A stretch of 64,000 nucleotides of DNA, taken from Actinomycetes bacterium. Lineage in GTDB: Bacteria > Actinomycetota > Acidimicrobiia > Acidimicrobiales > Aldehydirespiratoraceae. The DNA is taken from NCBI GenBank assembly GCA_024276495.1, contig JAJRXC010000083.1, positions 314-64,313 on the forward strand, in the 5' to 3' direction. Shown here piece after piece: positions 35,573 to 45,360 of this stretch. The notes under the pieces are model-generated. The model worked only from the letters and a program-made list of their open reading frames with translations. It was not told where the DNA came from and ran no database searches. Position numbers and translations under genes: made by a program. Position 1 is the first letter of the stretch. The number at the start of each line of letters is the position of its first letter.

Positions 35573-36388
35573 ATGAGCGATTCCACCGCAGCGGCGGCAA
35601 AGGCCATGAACCTGCTCGCGGTCGGCCGCGTCGACGAAGCGGTGACCCTGATCGGCGAGGCAATCGCCGCCGACCCCGCGAACGCCGACCTCCATGTCGC
35701 GATGGCCCGGGCCCACCATGCCGGCGGAGACGCCGACGAGACCCTCGCCGCGGCCACACGGGCCCTGGCCCTCGACGTCGACGTCGCGGCCCTTCATCTC
35801 GCCGCCGTCGCCCATCGGACGCGCCGCGAGTGGGCCGAGTCGCTCGAGCTGCTCTCCCGCGCGATCGACCTCACCCCGGACGCGGCCAACCTGCACGTCG
35901 GAACCGCGTTGACCCTGCTCGGCCCGTGGATCGCGCCCGCCGACACACCCGCCCACGAGGCGGAGCGGGTCGACGACGGGCGCGTCGCCGAGGCGATCCA
36001 CGCGGCCGACCGGGCCGCCACGCTCGAACCCGAGCTCGCCCTCGTTCCCTACGTCCGCGGATTCGTGGCCCTGGCCCGCGACGACCTGCCCGCCGCCGCG
36101 AGCCATCTCGAGACGGCGCTTCGACTCGACCCCGAATGGTCGACCGCCCATCTGGTGCTCGGAAAGATCCGTGCCCGTCAGGGCATGGGCCGGCTGGCGA
36201 GCCGTCATCTCGCCGCCGCCGGTCGGCTGGAACCCTCCGACACCGGCGCCCTCCATCTCCTGCGCCGTCTCACCACTCCCGGCGGCCGTCGGGCCCGACG
36301 CAAGGGCCGCCTCGACCTCGACCGGGTGGTGCCCGACGCCCGGCGCATCCTCCAGGCGGATCTGCGCATCGGCGGCGGGGGGCGCTGA
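35573..36388 (+). CDS. Tetratricopeptide repeat protein
   Basis: Repeated A(I/L)xxDP helical units. Confidence 0.8.
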   Translation: MSDSTAAAAKAMNLLAVGRVDEAVTLIGEAIAADPANADLHVAMARAHHAGGDADETLAAATRALALDVDVAALHLAAVAHRTRREWAESLELLSRAIDLTPDAANLHVGTALTLLGPWIAPADTPAHEAERVDDGRVAEAIHAADRAATLEPELALVPYVRGFVALARDDLPAAASHLETALRLDPEWSTAHLVLGKIRARQGMGRLASRHLAAAGRLEPSDTGALHLLRRLTTPGGRRARRKGRLDLDRVVPDARRILQADLRIGGGGR

Positions 36389-37878
36389 TGGAGCTCGCCG
36401 ATCTCCTGGGCGTCGTCTTGTTCGGATCCGTCCTGATCCTGCCCATCTGGGCCACCGGACGCCTCTTTCGTTCGGTCCTGCGCCGGCGACGCCGCCTGCT
36501 CGACTCGCTGGCCGAACGGGGCGACGTCCACACCTTCGACATGCCACTGACCATCGGCATCATCCTCTTCGGCGCCGGCGCGGTGTTCGCCGGCATCGCA
36601 CTGGTCCCGGGCCTGATCTGGCTCACCGACGGCGACACCGACGCCCGCCGGGTTTTCCTCGTCAGCTGGCCGGTCTTCGGAGTCTTCGCGCTCGCCGGTC
36701 GACTCGCGGCCCGACCCGGCCTGCGGATCTGGATTAGCGAACCCGCCGGGGTGACCGTGCGTCGAGTGGGCGTCTCGCATCGCGACCGCGGATCTCGACA
36801 CGACCGCCATGTCGCGCACGAGACGATCGTCTCGTTTCACGAGCGGCGCTCGCCGACCGGGGCGGTCGAGATCCGCAGCACCGAGACCCGGCTCGTGGCG
36901 CCGATGCAACTCAGCGGCTTCGACGAGCTCCTCAGCGCCCTCCGGCGGGCGGCTCCTCGTGCCCCCTACACCTCGTGGCGAGACGGCCGTCGCGACCATC
37001 CGACACCGGGCCACCCCGACGAGGAGAACCGGACGAGCTTCTCGATCTCGGCCACCGGCACCCGCGTGACGATCGGCGTCCTCGCTGCCCTTCTGGTCAC
37101 ATTGCTCGTGTGGCCGTGGTTTCTGGTGACCGGCGAGAGCCCGACACGCGACTCGTTCATCTTCGTCGGCATCGGTCTCCTGTTGTGGGCGATGATCGCC
37201 GGTCTGGTCGCGGCCGAGTCGTTCCCCCGCCACCAACCCTCGGTGTTGGAGCTCCGCCCGCAGACCCTGGCGTGGCGAACCCTCCGAGGCGGCCGGCACG
37301 AACGAGACCTGCGCGAGGTCGTGACCGTCACGATCGAGACCGACATCATCTACGTTCGGGGGTTTCCCGGCTACCGCCATCCGTTGCGCATCACGTTCGT
37401 CGACGGACCACCGCTCGAGCTCAACGACGCTCGGGCCCGGCAGATGCGGGCGAGCACCCGTCGCATCGCCGACACGGTTCGCCGTCACGTGCACGACCTC
37501 ACCCGCCGCCACGCCGCCGACCGGGCTCGGGCCGACGCCCTCGCGGTCGAGGCGGCCCGGGCCCGCGCCGACGCCACGATCGGCGGCGACGCCCGCGCCG
37601 TGGATCTCCTCCGTCGAGCCGTGGCCGTCCACCCCCACCCGGTGCGACTGACCCGGCTCCGGCACATCGGGGACCTCCACCGTCGACTCGGCGAACACGA
37701 CCGGGCGGTGTCGCTCTACCGGGCCCACCTCGACTACCGGCCCGACGACGCCCGCGCCTGGGAGGGACTGGCCGCGAGCTTCACGGCGCTGAACCGGGCC
37801 GATCTCGCCGGCGAGGCGACCGAGACCGCCGAACGAATCCTGCTGCGCACCGGACCCGGCGACGGCGTCAACGAATGA
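36388..37878 (+). CDS. Membrane protein with two TM-pair + beta-domain units and C-terminal TPRs
   Basis: TGATG coupling; five hydrophobic segments; C-terminal YRPDDARAWEGLA. Confidence 0.75.
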   Translation: MELADLLGVVLFGSVLILPIWATGRLFRSVLRRRRRLLDSLAERGDVHTFDMPLTIGIILFGAGAVFAGIALVPGLIWLTDGDTDARRVFLVSWPVFGVFALAGRLAARPGLRIWISEPAGVTVRRVGVSHRDRGSRHDRHVAHETIVSFHERRSPTGAVEIRSTETRLVAPMQLSGFDELLSALRRAAPRAPYTSWRDGRRDHPTPGHPDEENRTSFSISATGTRVTIGVLAALLVTLLVWPWFLVTGESPTRDSFIFVGIGLLLWAMIAGLVAAESFPRHQPSVLELRPQTLAWRTLRGGRHERDLREVVTVTIETDIIYVRGFPGYRHPLRITFVDGPPLELNDARARQMRASTRRIADTVRRHVHDLTRRHAADRARADALAVEAARARADATIGGDARAVDLLRRAVAVHPHPVRLTRLRHIGDLHRRLGEHDRAVSLYRAHLDYRPDDARAWEGLAASFTALNRADLAGEATETAERILLRTGPGDGVNE

Positions 37879-40540
37879 GCCGGATCCGATCGAGCTCGGC
37901 GCGGAGGTGACCACTGGCGTCGAGCTCCTGCAGCGGCTGCTCCCGACCTCGATGAAAGGCCCGGAGCTCGGGGCCGTGACCGACCCGCTCGGCGAGCCCC
38001 TCGGCCAACCCGATGGTGAACGGGGTGCGGGGGGTGGCCGCCTGGCGCAACAGGTTCCAGCCGTGTTCGTCCTCGCCCCGGTTGATGGCGAGGGCGGCGA
38101 GTCCGACCAGGGCATCGTTCGCCATCCGGTTCAGCCGGCCCCGCAGCGCGTCGTAGCCGAACCCGACGATGAGATCGGCGGCTTCGGTCGAACGACCGAG
38201 ATCGATCAGGGCGACCGCCTTGACGATCCGCGACGAGTCCCAGATCGACAAGGACCAGTCGCGGCCGTCGACCATGTCGAGGGCCGCGGTCGGGTCGCCG
38301 GTGAGGATCTGGGCGGATGCCAGCGACAACCCGGCCATGACCACCTGGTTGGTGACGCCGTCGTGGGAGTCGAAGAGCCCATAGGCCCGCGAGAACCCGA
38401 CGATCGCCTCGTCGAGGCGGTTCTCGTAGAGGGCGAGACACGCTTCGGCCCAGACCGCCGGCGTGAGGTACGGGCCACTGAGCCGATGCTCGGTGACGAC
38501 CTCCCGAGCGTGGCGAACCAACTCCATCGCCCGGTCCGGGTGTTGCCGGCAGCTGAGGAACGCCATGAGCCCGGCGGCCTGGGCCTCGGCCATCGGCGTC
38601 GTGTCCGGCTCGTTGATCATCTCGTCGAGCACCCGGTGCACCTCGGCGAAGTCGTCGAGTTGCATGGCGAGCACGGCCCGGATGTAGCGGATCCAGTCGT
38701 GGCATTCCCCGGCGGGAAGCGATGCGTCGATCTGCTCGACCCAGCGGCGCCCCTCGACCGCCGGGATCCGGGTGTCCCACAGGCCGTGGCAGCCGAACGC
38801 GATGTGGGCGGCGACCTCGGCCCCCGACTCCCCGCTCGCCGGATCGTCGCCCCGTTCGATCGCCCATTCGAGCGCGCTGGCCAAGTTGGCCCAGTCGTGG
38901 CGCAGGCCCTCGGCCCGGCGAAGGTCGGCCGCCAGCAGGAAGTCCTCGGTGACGACCTTCGAACGGAACCACTCGAGGTGGGCGTCGCGGGCTGCGGTCA
39001 CGTCCTCGCTGCGGGCCAGCTGGTCGCTCGCGTAGATCCGGACGGTCTCCAGCAGGCGGTAGCGGGTTGTGGGATTGTCGGGCCCTTCGTCGACCGACAA
39101 CAGCGACTTCGCGACGAGCGATCCGAGGAGGTCCATGGCGTCGTAGTCGTCGCAGCCGGCCACCGCGACCGCAGCCGGAAGGTCGAACGAGCCGACGAAG
39201 ACGCCGCATCGTCGGAAGAACCTCTGTTCCTCGCGGTCGAGCAGGTCATAGGACCAGTCGAGGGTGGCCTGGAGCGTTCGCCGCTTCTGACGCCCCCGCC
39301 CCCCGGACAACAGCCGGAAGCGGTCCTCCATCCGGTCGAGGATCTCCGCCGGAGTCAGCACGGAGATCCGGGCGGCGGCGAGCTCGATCGCGAGCGGCAT
39401 GCCGTCGAGTTGGAGGCAGATCTCCGCGACCAGCCGACGGGTGGGGTCGGCAGGGTCGTTCTCGCAGGTGAAGGTCGGATTCGCGGCTCGGGCCCGTTCG
39501 ACGAACAGCTGGACGGCGGGCGCGTCCCCCTCGTGACCGAGCGACCCCACCACGATGACCTGCTCCCCGGGGACCTCCAGACGCTGGCGGGTGGTGGCGA
39601 GGATCGCGGTGGAGCTGCTCCGGGCCAGGAGCTGCTCGGCGAATGCCGCGCAGTCGTCGAGGATGTGCTCGCAGTTGTCGAGAACGACCAGGACGTCGCG
39701 TCCCGAGAGGTGATCGATGACCTGTTCGAGCGCGTCACCGGGTGAGCCGACGAGCTCGAGGCGAACGGCGGACGCCACCGCGGCCGCCAGCTCGGATCCG
39801 TCGGACACCGACGACAAGTCGACGAAGTAGCAGCCATCGGTGCGGCCGGGGAGCTCCTGATAGGCGATCTCGACAGCGAGGCGCGTCTTTCCGCATCCGC
39901 CGGTTCCGATGAGGGTCACCATCGGCGCCGATTCGAGCAGGTGACGGGCCCGGACGACCTCGTCGTGCCGACCGATCAGCGGCGACCCGGGCAGCGGCAG
40001 CGACGAGAGGGACGGATCGACGACCCGCAACGGTCGAAACGACGAGAGTCCGACCTGGAAGATGTCGACCGGTTCGGGGACGTCGCGGAGCCGATGCCGA
40101 CCCAGCGCGAGCGTTTCGACGTCGACGACCGAACGGACCGCGTCGGACATCAGGATCTGGCCGCCGGCGGCGACCGCCTCGATTCGAGCCGCGGTGTTGG
40201 GAACCGGGCCGAAGTAGTCGCCGTCGCGTTGCGTGGCCCGTCCCCGATGCAACCCCATGCGAACCCGCAGCGCCGGACCGTCGCCCCAATCGGTCACCGC
40301 CAACTCGGCCTGCGCGGCCATCGCCGCGGCGACCGCCGACTTCGCGTCCTCGAACGCCCCCCGGAAGTGATCACCGGCCCAGCCGAAGACCAGGCCGCCG
40401 CGACCCTCCATCGCCGCCTTGACGATGTGGTCGTGCGTCTCGAGACTCCTGGCCGTGGCCTCGGCATCGGCCGCCCACAACCTCGTCGACCCTTCGACGT
40501 CGGTGAAGAGAAACGTGATGATGCCGGCCGGGGTGTCCAC
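37868..40540 (-). CDS. Adenylate/guanylate cyclase + NB-ARC/STAND ATPase + TPR-like protein
   Basis: FLFTDVEGST, RMGLHRG; GTGGCGKTRL, VLDNCEH, LDGMPLAIELAAAR, WSYDLL. Confidence 0.92.
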   Translation of the reverse strand: MDTPAGIITFLFTDVEGSTRLWAADAEATARSLETHDHIVKAAMEGRGGLVFGWAGDHFRGAFEDAKSAVAAAMAAQAELAVTDWGDGPALRVRMGLHRGRATQRDGDYFGPVPNTAARIEAVAAGGQILMSDAVRSVVDVETLALGRHRLRDVPEPVDIFQVGLSSFRPLRVVDPSLSSLPLPGSPLIGRHDEVVRARHLLESAPMVTLIGTGGCGKTRLAVEIAYQELPGRTDGCYFVDLSSVSDGSELAAAVASAVRLELVGSPGDALEQVIDHLSGRDVLVVLDNCEHILDDCAAFAEQLLARSSSTAILATTRQRLEVPGEQVIVVGSLGHEGDAPAVQLFVERARAANPTFTCENDPADPTRRLVAEICLQLDGMPLAIELAAARISVLTPAEILDRMEDRFRLLSGGRGRQKRRTLQATLDWSYDLLDREEQRFFRRCGVFVGSFDLPAAVAVAGCDDYDAMDLLGSLVAKSLLSVDEGPDNPTTRYRLLETVRIYASDQLARSEDVTAARDAHLEWFRSKVVTEDFLLAADLRRAEGLRHDWANLASALEWAIERGDDPASGESGAEVAAHIAFGCHGLWDTRIPAVEGRRWVEQIDASLPAGECHDWIRYIRAVLAMQLDDFAEVHRVLDEMINEPDTTPMAEAQAAGLMAFLSCRQHPDRAMELVRHAREVVTEHRLSGPYLTPAVWAEACLALYENRLDEAIVGFSRAYGLFDSHDGVTNQVVMAGLSLASAQILTGDPTAALDMVDGRDWSLSIWDSSRIVKAVALIDLGRSTEAADLIVGFGYDALRGRLNRMANDALVGLAALAINRGEDEHGWNLLRQAATPRTPFTIGLAEGLAERVGHGPELRAFHRGREQPLQELDASGHLRAELDRIRLIR

Positions 40541-40688
40541 GAGTCGACGTCAGATCACGAGATTCTCGGTCCGCGGCCCATCACCGCCACATCGCATCGC
40601 CGATCTCCGCATCCGACCAGTCTTGCCGCTCACCGTCGCGAAAGAAACCGCGATCGGTCGATCCCGTGCCGTCCGGGCGAACGCGGCG

Positions 40689-41411
40689 TCACACCGGTGT
40701 CGGCACGACGAGGTGTTCGCGCGCCCACAGGGCGGCCTGGGTCCGGTCCGAGACGCCGAGACCGGCGAAGACCCTGGTGAGGTGCGCCTTCACGGTCTTC
40801 TCGCTGATCCCGAGCCGCCGGGCGATGGCCTTGTTCGTCAGTCCCTCAGCGACCGACTCCAGCACCTCCGTCTCCCGGCCGGTCAGCGGCATGGCAGCCT
40901 TCGCCCGCGTGTCGAGAACGGCCCGGGCCGCGCGCGGATCCAACGGGGCGGCACCGGCGGCCGCGGCCAGGACGGCAGCTCTGAGCACGGCCGGGTCGGC
41001 GTCCTTGACGAGATAGCCGACGGCCCCCGCGTCGAGAGCCCCGATGACACAACCGTGGTCGATCGACGCGGTGAGCATGACGACCGAGGCGTCGGGCCGA
41101 TTCTCGCAGATGCGCCGGGTCGCCTCGATCCCGTCCAGGCCGGGCATGCACACGTCCATCAAGACGACGTCGGGTCGGAGCTCGCCGTCGAGCCGAATGG
41201 CGTCGTGGCCCCCATCGGCCGTACCGGTGATCACCATCTCCCCCGACTGCTCGAGAAGCCGTTGCACACCCACTCGCACCATCGTGTGGTCGTCGACGAG
41301 AAGGACCGAGATCTGACCCGGTGCGGAATCGGCGCACCCCGCGCCGGCATCGGGGGCGAGGCCGGCGCGCAACCGACGGGCGTGGGGGGAGGTGGCGGAC
41401 ACGGGTCTCAC
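40689..41411 (-). CDS. NarL/LuxR-family response regulator (orphan; start uncertain)
   Basis: LVDDH, PDVVLMD, GYLVK, LTGRETEVL...SEKTVKAH. Confidence 0.9.
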   Translation of the reverse strand: MRPVSATSPHARRLRAGLAPDAGAGCADSAPGQISVLLVDDHTMVRVGVQRLLEQSGEMVITGTADGGHDAIRLDGELRPDVVLMDVCMPGLDGIEATRRICENRPDASVVMLTASIDHGCVIGALDAGAVGYLVKDADPAVLRAAVLAAAAGAAPLDPRAARAVLDTRAKAAMPLTGRETEVLESVAEGLTNKAIARRLGISEKTVKAHLTRVFAGLGVSDRTQAALWAREHLVVPTPV

Positions 41412-41526
41412 GATGACCGCGTCGTCGGCTTCGCGACGGTAGGGCGAGGGAAAAGGATCCCTAAATGCGGCGGCGGCGCGGGGTCGTCACGACACCGGGC
41501 CCCGGGGAAGGGCTAGTCTCGAACGC

Positions 41527-43542
41527 ATGTTCGCTTCACTGAACGACGAGCAGCGCCGCGCCGTCGACCACACCGGATCGCCGTTGCTCATCGTTGCCGG
41601 CGCCGGAACCGGCAAGACGAAGACCCTCGCCGCTCGCGTCTGTCGCATCATCGACGACGGCACCGATCCCGAGCGGGTGCTCCTGCTCACGTTCACCCGT
41701 CGGGCCGCCGCCGAGATGCTGGCCCGGGTCGCGGCCGTCTCGACCGACCGGGCCGCGTCGCGGGTGTGGGGCGGCACCTTCCACTCGACGGCCAACCGGG
41801 TGCTGCGCACCTTCGGGCGACGCGTCGGTCTGTCTCCCGGCTTCACCGTGCTCGACCACTCCGACGCCACCGACCTCATGGGCATCGTGCGCACCGAGGA
41901 GGGATTCGGCGAGCGGGCCCGGCGCTTCCCGCGCAAGGAGACGGTGGCCGGCATCTACTCCCGCCTCGTGAGCAGCCAGGCGAAGCTCGATGCGGTGCTC
42001 GAGACCGACTATCCGTGGTGCGCCGATCACCGCGACGAGCTCCGCACGATCTTCACCGCCTACACGACCCGCAAACGGCTCCATCAGGTGCTCGACTACG
42101 ACGACCTGCTCCTCTTCTGGCGGGGGCTCACCACCGGACCGGCCGGCGACACCGTGCGGGCCCTCTTCGACCACATCCTCATCGACGAGTACCAGGACAC
42201 CAATCCGATACAGGCCGACATCGTCAAGGGAATGTGCGGACCCGACACCGAGGTGTGCGCGGTCGGCGACGACGCCCAGGCGATCTACGGCTTCCGTGCG
42301 GCGACCGTGGCCAACATGTGGCGATTCGCCGACGACTTCCCCGGCGCGACCCGAATCACGCTCGAACAGAACTACCGCTCCACCATGCCGATCCTGGCGG
42401 TGGCCAACGCCGTGCTCGGCCAAAGCGACGCCCACTTCGCGAAGGAGCTCTGGTCGGCGCGCGCCCACGGCCCGGCCCCCACCTTGCGAACCCACCACGA
42501 CGAGGGCGCCCAGAGCGCGTCGGTCGCCACCGCGGTGCTCGACGCCCGGGAGCGGGGAATGGACCTTCGCGAGCAGGCCGTGTTGTTTCGCGCCGGGCAC
42601 CACGCCGACGGTCTCGAGCTCGAGCTCACCCGCCGCGACATCCCCTACGTGAAGTACGGCGGGCTCAAATATCTCGAATCCGCCCATGTGAAAGACCTGT
42701 TGGCGCTCTTGCGCATCCTCGACAACCCGGCGGACCAGCTGGCCTGGCATCGGGTGCTCGCGGCGATGGACGGTGTCGGCCCCGCGACGCTGCGCCGACT
42801 CTGCGCCGAGCTCGGCATCGACGACGAACACGACGACTCCTTGGCCAGGTTCATCGACGGCGCCGGCCGGGTACCCAACGCCGCCGACGTCCAGGCTCAC
42901 GAGCTGCGCTCGGCGTTCGCGGCCTGTTTCGCCGAGCTGAACCCGGCCGAGCAGGTCGACCGCCTGAAGGGGTTCTGCGCCCTCGTCTTCCCCGGTCGCT
43001 ATCCCGATGCCGCGGCGCGGGTCGCCGACATCGATCAGCTGAGCGCGACCGCCGCGGCCTACTCGACCCGAAGCCGGTTCCTCACCGAACTAACCCTGGA
43101 TCCGCCGAGCAAGACCAGTGATCGAGCCGGCCCTCCGCATCTCGACGACGACTGGCTGACCCTGTCGACAATCCATTCGGCCAAAGGGCTCGAATGGCGA
43201 TCGGTGCATCTTCTCCATGCCGCCGACGGCAACCTGCCCTCCGAGATGGCGCTCGGCGACGAACACGGCCTCGCCGAGGAGCTCCGGCTCGTGTACGTCG
43301 CGCTCACCCGGGCCCGAGACGAGCTCACGGTCAACTTCCCGCTGCGCTACCACGTCAATCGGCACGCGACCGACGATCGCCACGTCTACGCCCAGCTCAG
43401 CCGGTTCATCGAACCGGTACGGGAGTTGTTCGTCGAGGAGAGCCCACCTCGCGAGATCGACCCGACCCGATCCGACATCGAGCTCGCCGCCGTGGGCGTC
43501 GCCGACGAGGTCGATGCCCGACTGGCCGCCCTGTGGGACTGA
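41527..43542 (+). CDS. UvrD/PcrA/Rep-family ATP-dependent DNA helicase
   Basis: AGAGTGKT, IDEYQDTN, VGDDAQAIY, LEQNYRS, TIHSAKGLEW, YVALTRAR. Confidence 0.95.
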   Translation: MFASLNDEQRRAVDHTGSPLLIVAGAGTGKTKTLAARVCRIIDDGTDPERVLLLTFTRRAAAEMLARVAAVSTDRAASRVWGGTFHSTANRVLRTFGRRVGLSPGFTVLDHSDATDLMGIVRTEEGFGERARRFPRKETVAGIYSRLVSSQAKLDAVLETDYPWCADHRDELRTIFTAYTTRKRLHQVLDYDDLLLFWRGLTTGPAGDTVRALFDHILIDEYQDTNPIQADIVKGMCGPDTEVCAVGDDAQAIYGFRAATVANMWRFADDFPGATRITLEQNYRSTMPILAVANAVLGQSDAHFAKELWSARAHGPAPTLRTHHDEGAQSASVATAVLDARERGMDLREQAVLFRAGHHADGLELELTRRDIPYVKYGGLKYLESAHVKDLLALLRILDNPADQLAWHRVLAAMDGVGPATLRRLCAELGIDDEHDDSLARFIDGAGRVPNAADVQAHELRSAFAACFAELNPAEQVDRLKGFCALVFPGRYPDAAARVADIDQLSATAAAYSTRSRFLTELTLDPPSKTSDRAGPPHLDDDWLTLSTIHSAKGLEWRSVHLLHAADGNLPSEMALGDEHGLAEELRLVYVALTRARDELTVNFPLRYHVNRHATDDRHVYAQLSRFIEPVRELFVEESPPREIDPTRSDIELAAVGVADEVDARLAALWD

Positions 43543-43578
43543 CCGTTCCGGAGATTCTCCGCGAGATCCGCGAGAACC

Positions 43579-43605
43579 TGTCGATCCGGGCCGGCGTCGA
43601 ACGTC
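43579..43605 (+). promoter_or_regulatory. Putative ECF42-type promoter
   Basis: TGTCGA-N17-CGTC directly upstream of the DGPF/YciI + ECF operon. Confidence 0.6.
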
Positions 43606-43641
43606 GTCACCACACATCACCCGCAATCAGGAGGAATTCCC

Positions 43642-44007
43642 GTGAAGTACGCCTGCCTCATCTATTCCGATGAGACCGACCCGTCGGCCAACCCCGATCC
43701 CGCCAGCCCCGAGTTCGCCCCGATCATGGCCGGCTACATGGCATTCGGCGAGGAAGCCGGCGCGGCCGGCGTGCTCGTCACCGGCGAACCACTCGAGCCG
43801 ACGTCGACCGCGACGTCGCTACAGGTGCGCGACGGGGAGGTCATCACGACCGACGGCCCCTTCGCCGAAACGAAGGAACATCTCGGCGGGTTCTACATCC
43901 TCGACTGCGACTCGCTCGACGAGGCGATGAAGTGGGCCGCGAAGATCCCCCACGCGTCGAGCGGCACGATCGAGATCCGTCCGGTGCCCGACTTCAGCGC
44001 GCCCTGA
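43642..44007 (+). CDS. YciI/DGPF family protein
   Basis: TTDGPFAETKEHLGGFY; GGAGG RBS. Confidence 0.92.
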   Translation: MKYACLIYSDETDPSANPDPASPEFAPIMAGYMAFGEEAGAAGVLVTGEPLEPTSTATSLQVRDGEVITTDGPFAETKEHLGGFYILDCDSLDEAMKWAAKIPHASSGTIEIRPVPDFSAP

Positions 44008-45251
44008 GCCCGACCGGGGATCCCGTCGGCGACCGCGTCGCCCGGGTCGTGCGGGAGGAGTGGCCTCGGCTGATGGCCACCCTCTGTCGCGACCTGGGCG
44101 ATCTCGACGCGGCCGAGGACGCGGCCCAGGAAGCCGCGGCCGCGGCCTTGACCCGCTGGCTCGACGACGGCATCCCCGACCGGCCCGGGGCCTGGATCAC
44201 CACCGTCGCCCGACGCAAGGCCGTCGACCGGATCCGTCGCGAACGCACGGGACGGGAGAAGACCGAGCTGCTGGCCCGGCTCGAGGAGCCGCTGCGCGAG
44301 GCGACGGGATCGGCCACCGACGATCAGCTGGGCCTCTTCTTCGGCTGCTGCCACCCGGCCCTCAACATGGAGGCGCAGGCCGCGTTGACCCTGCGAAGTC
44401 TCGGCGGCCTCACCACCGCGGAGATCGCCCGGGGTTTCCTGGTGACGGAGTCGACGATGGCGCAGCGAATCGTCCGGGCGAAACGGAAGATCGCGGCCGC
44501 CGCGATTCCGTTTCGGGTGCCCGAGGAGACCGAGTTGTTCGATCGCCTCGGTGTCGTTCACCATGTCCTGTACCTCGTGTTCAACGAAGGGACCTATCCG
44601 ACGTCCGGGCCGGAAACGACACGCGTCGATCTCGCCGACGAAGCGATCCGCTTGAGCGAGCTGCTGGCCACCCTGATGGTCGACGATGCCGAGTCGCTGG
44701 CTCTCCACGCCCTCTTCTTGTTGATCCACGCCCGCCGCGACGCCCGGATCGACGCGAACGAGGATCCCGTGCTGCTCCGCGACCAGGACCGTTCGCGCTG
44801 GGACCCCGACCTCATCCGACGCGGCCAGGCCCAGCTCGACCGGGCCCTGCGCCTCGACCGGCCCGGCCCCTTTCAGGTCGAAGCGGCGATCCAGTCCCTG
44901 CACGACGACGCGACGACCCCGGCCGACACCGACTGGGCCCAGATCGCGCTTCTCTACGGACGGCTCCGACAGTTCCGTCCGACCCCGATCGTCGCCCTCA
45001 ACCAGGCGGTCGCGGTGGGGGAACACGAGGGCCCGGCCGCGGCCCTCTCGATGCTCGACGACCCGTCCCTCTCCGAACCGCTGACGACCTATCCGCACTT
45101 CCACTCCACACGAGCCGAGATGCTGCGACGACTCGACCGCCGGGCCGAAGCCGCCGAGGCGTACCGGGCCGCGCTCGCCACGATCGAACATCCGGCCGAT
45201 CGGCGTCTCCTCCAGCGACGGCTCGAGGAGGTCTCGCCCGAGCCGCCCTGA
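44004..45251 (+). CDS. ECF sigma factor with C-terminal TPR extension (ECF42 / DUF6596 type); start uncertain (44004-44049)
   Basis: AEDAAQEA, CCHPAL, YLVFNEG, QDRSRWD, TDWAQI; follows the DGPF gene. Confidence 0.9.
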   Translation: MSPTGDPVGDRVARVVREEWPRLMATLCRDLGDLDAAEDAAQEAAAAALTRWLDDGIPDRPGAWITTVARRKAVDRIRRERTGREKTELLARLEEPLREATGSATDDQLGLFFGCCHPALNMEAQAALTLRSLGGLTTAEIARGFLVTESTMAQRIVRAKRKIAAAAIPFRVPEETELFDRLGVVHHVLYLVFNEGTYPTSGPETTRVDLADEAIRLSELLATLMVDDAESLALHALFLLIHARRDARIDANEDPVLLRDQDRSRWDPDLIRRGQAQLDRALRLDRPGPFQVEAAIQSLHDDATTPADTDWAQIALLYGRLRQFRPTPIVALNQAVAVGEHEGPAAALSMLDDPSLSEPLTTYPHFHSTRAEMLRRLDRRAEAAEAYRAALATIEHPADRRLLQRRLEEVSPEPP

Positions 45252-45360
45252 GCAGCAAAGACGATGAACGCGTGCGATCAGCGCACCAACCGCCCCTCGC
45301 CGAGCTCGGCCGGTGACCCCGGGTCTTTCGCCCGCCGGGACCGCGGATTACGGTCCGCAG

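Noticed and set aside
43642-45251. YciI + long ECF sigma as a novel system
   Set aside because: Matches the described ECF42/DGPF arrangement, including its promoter motif
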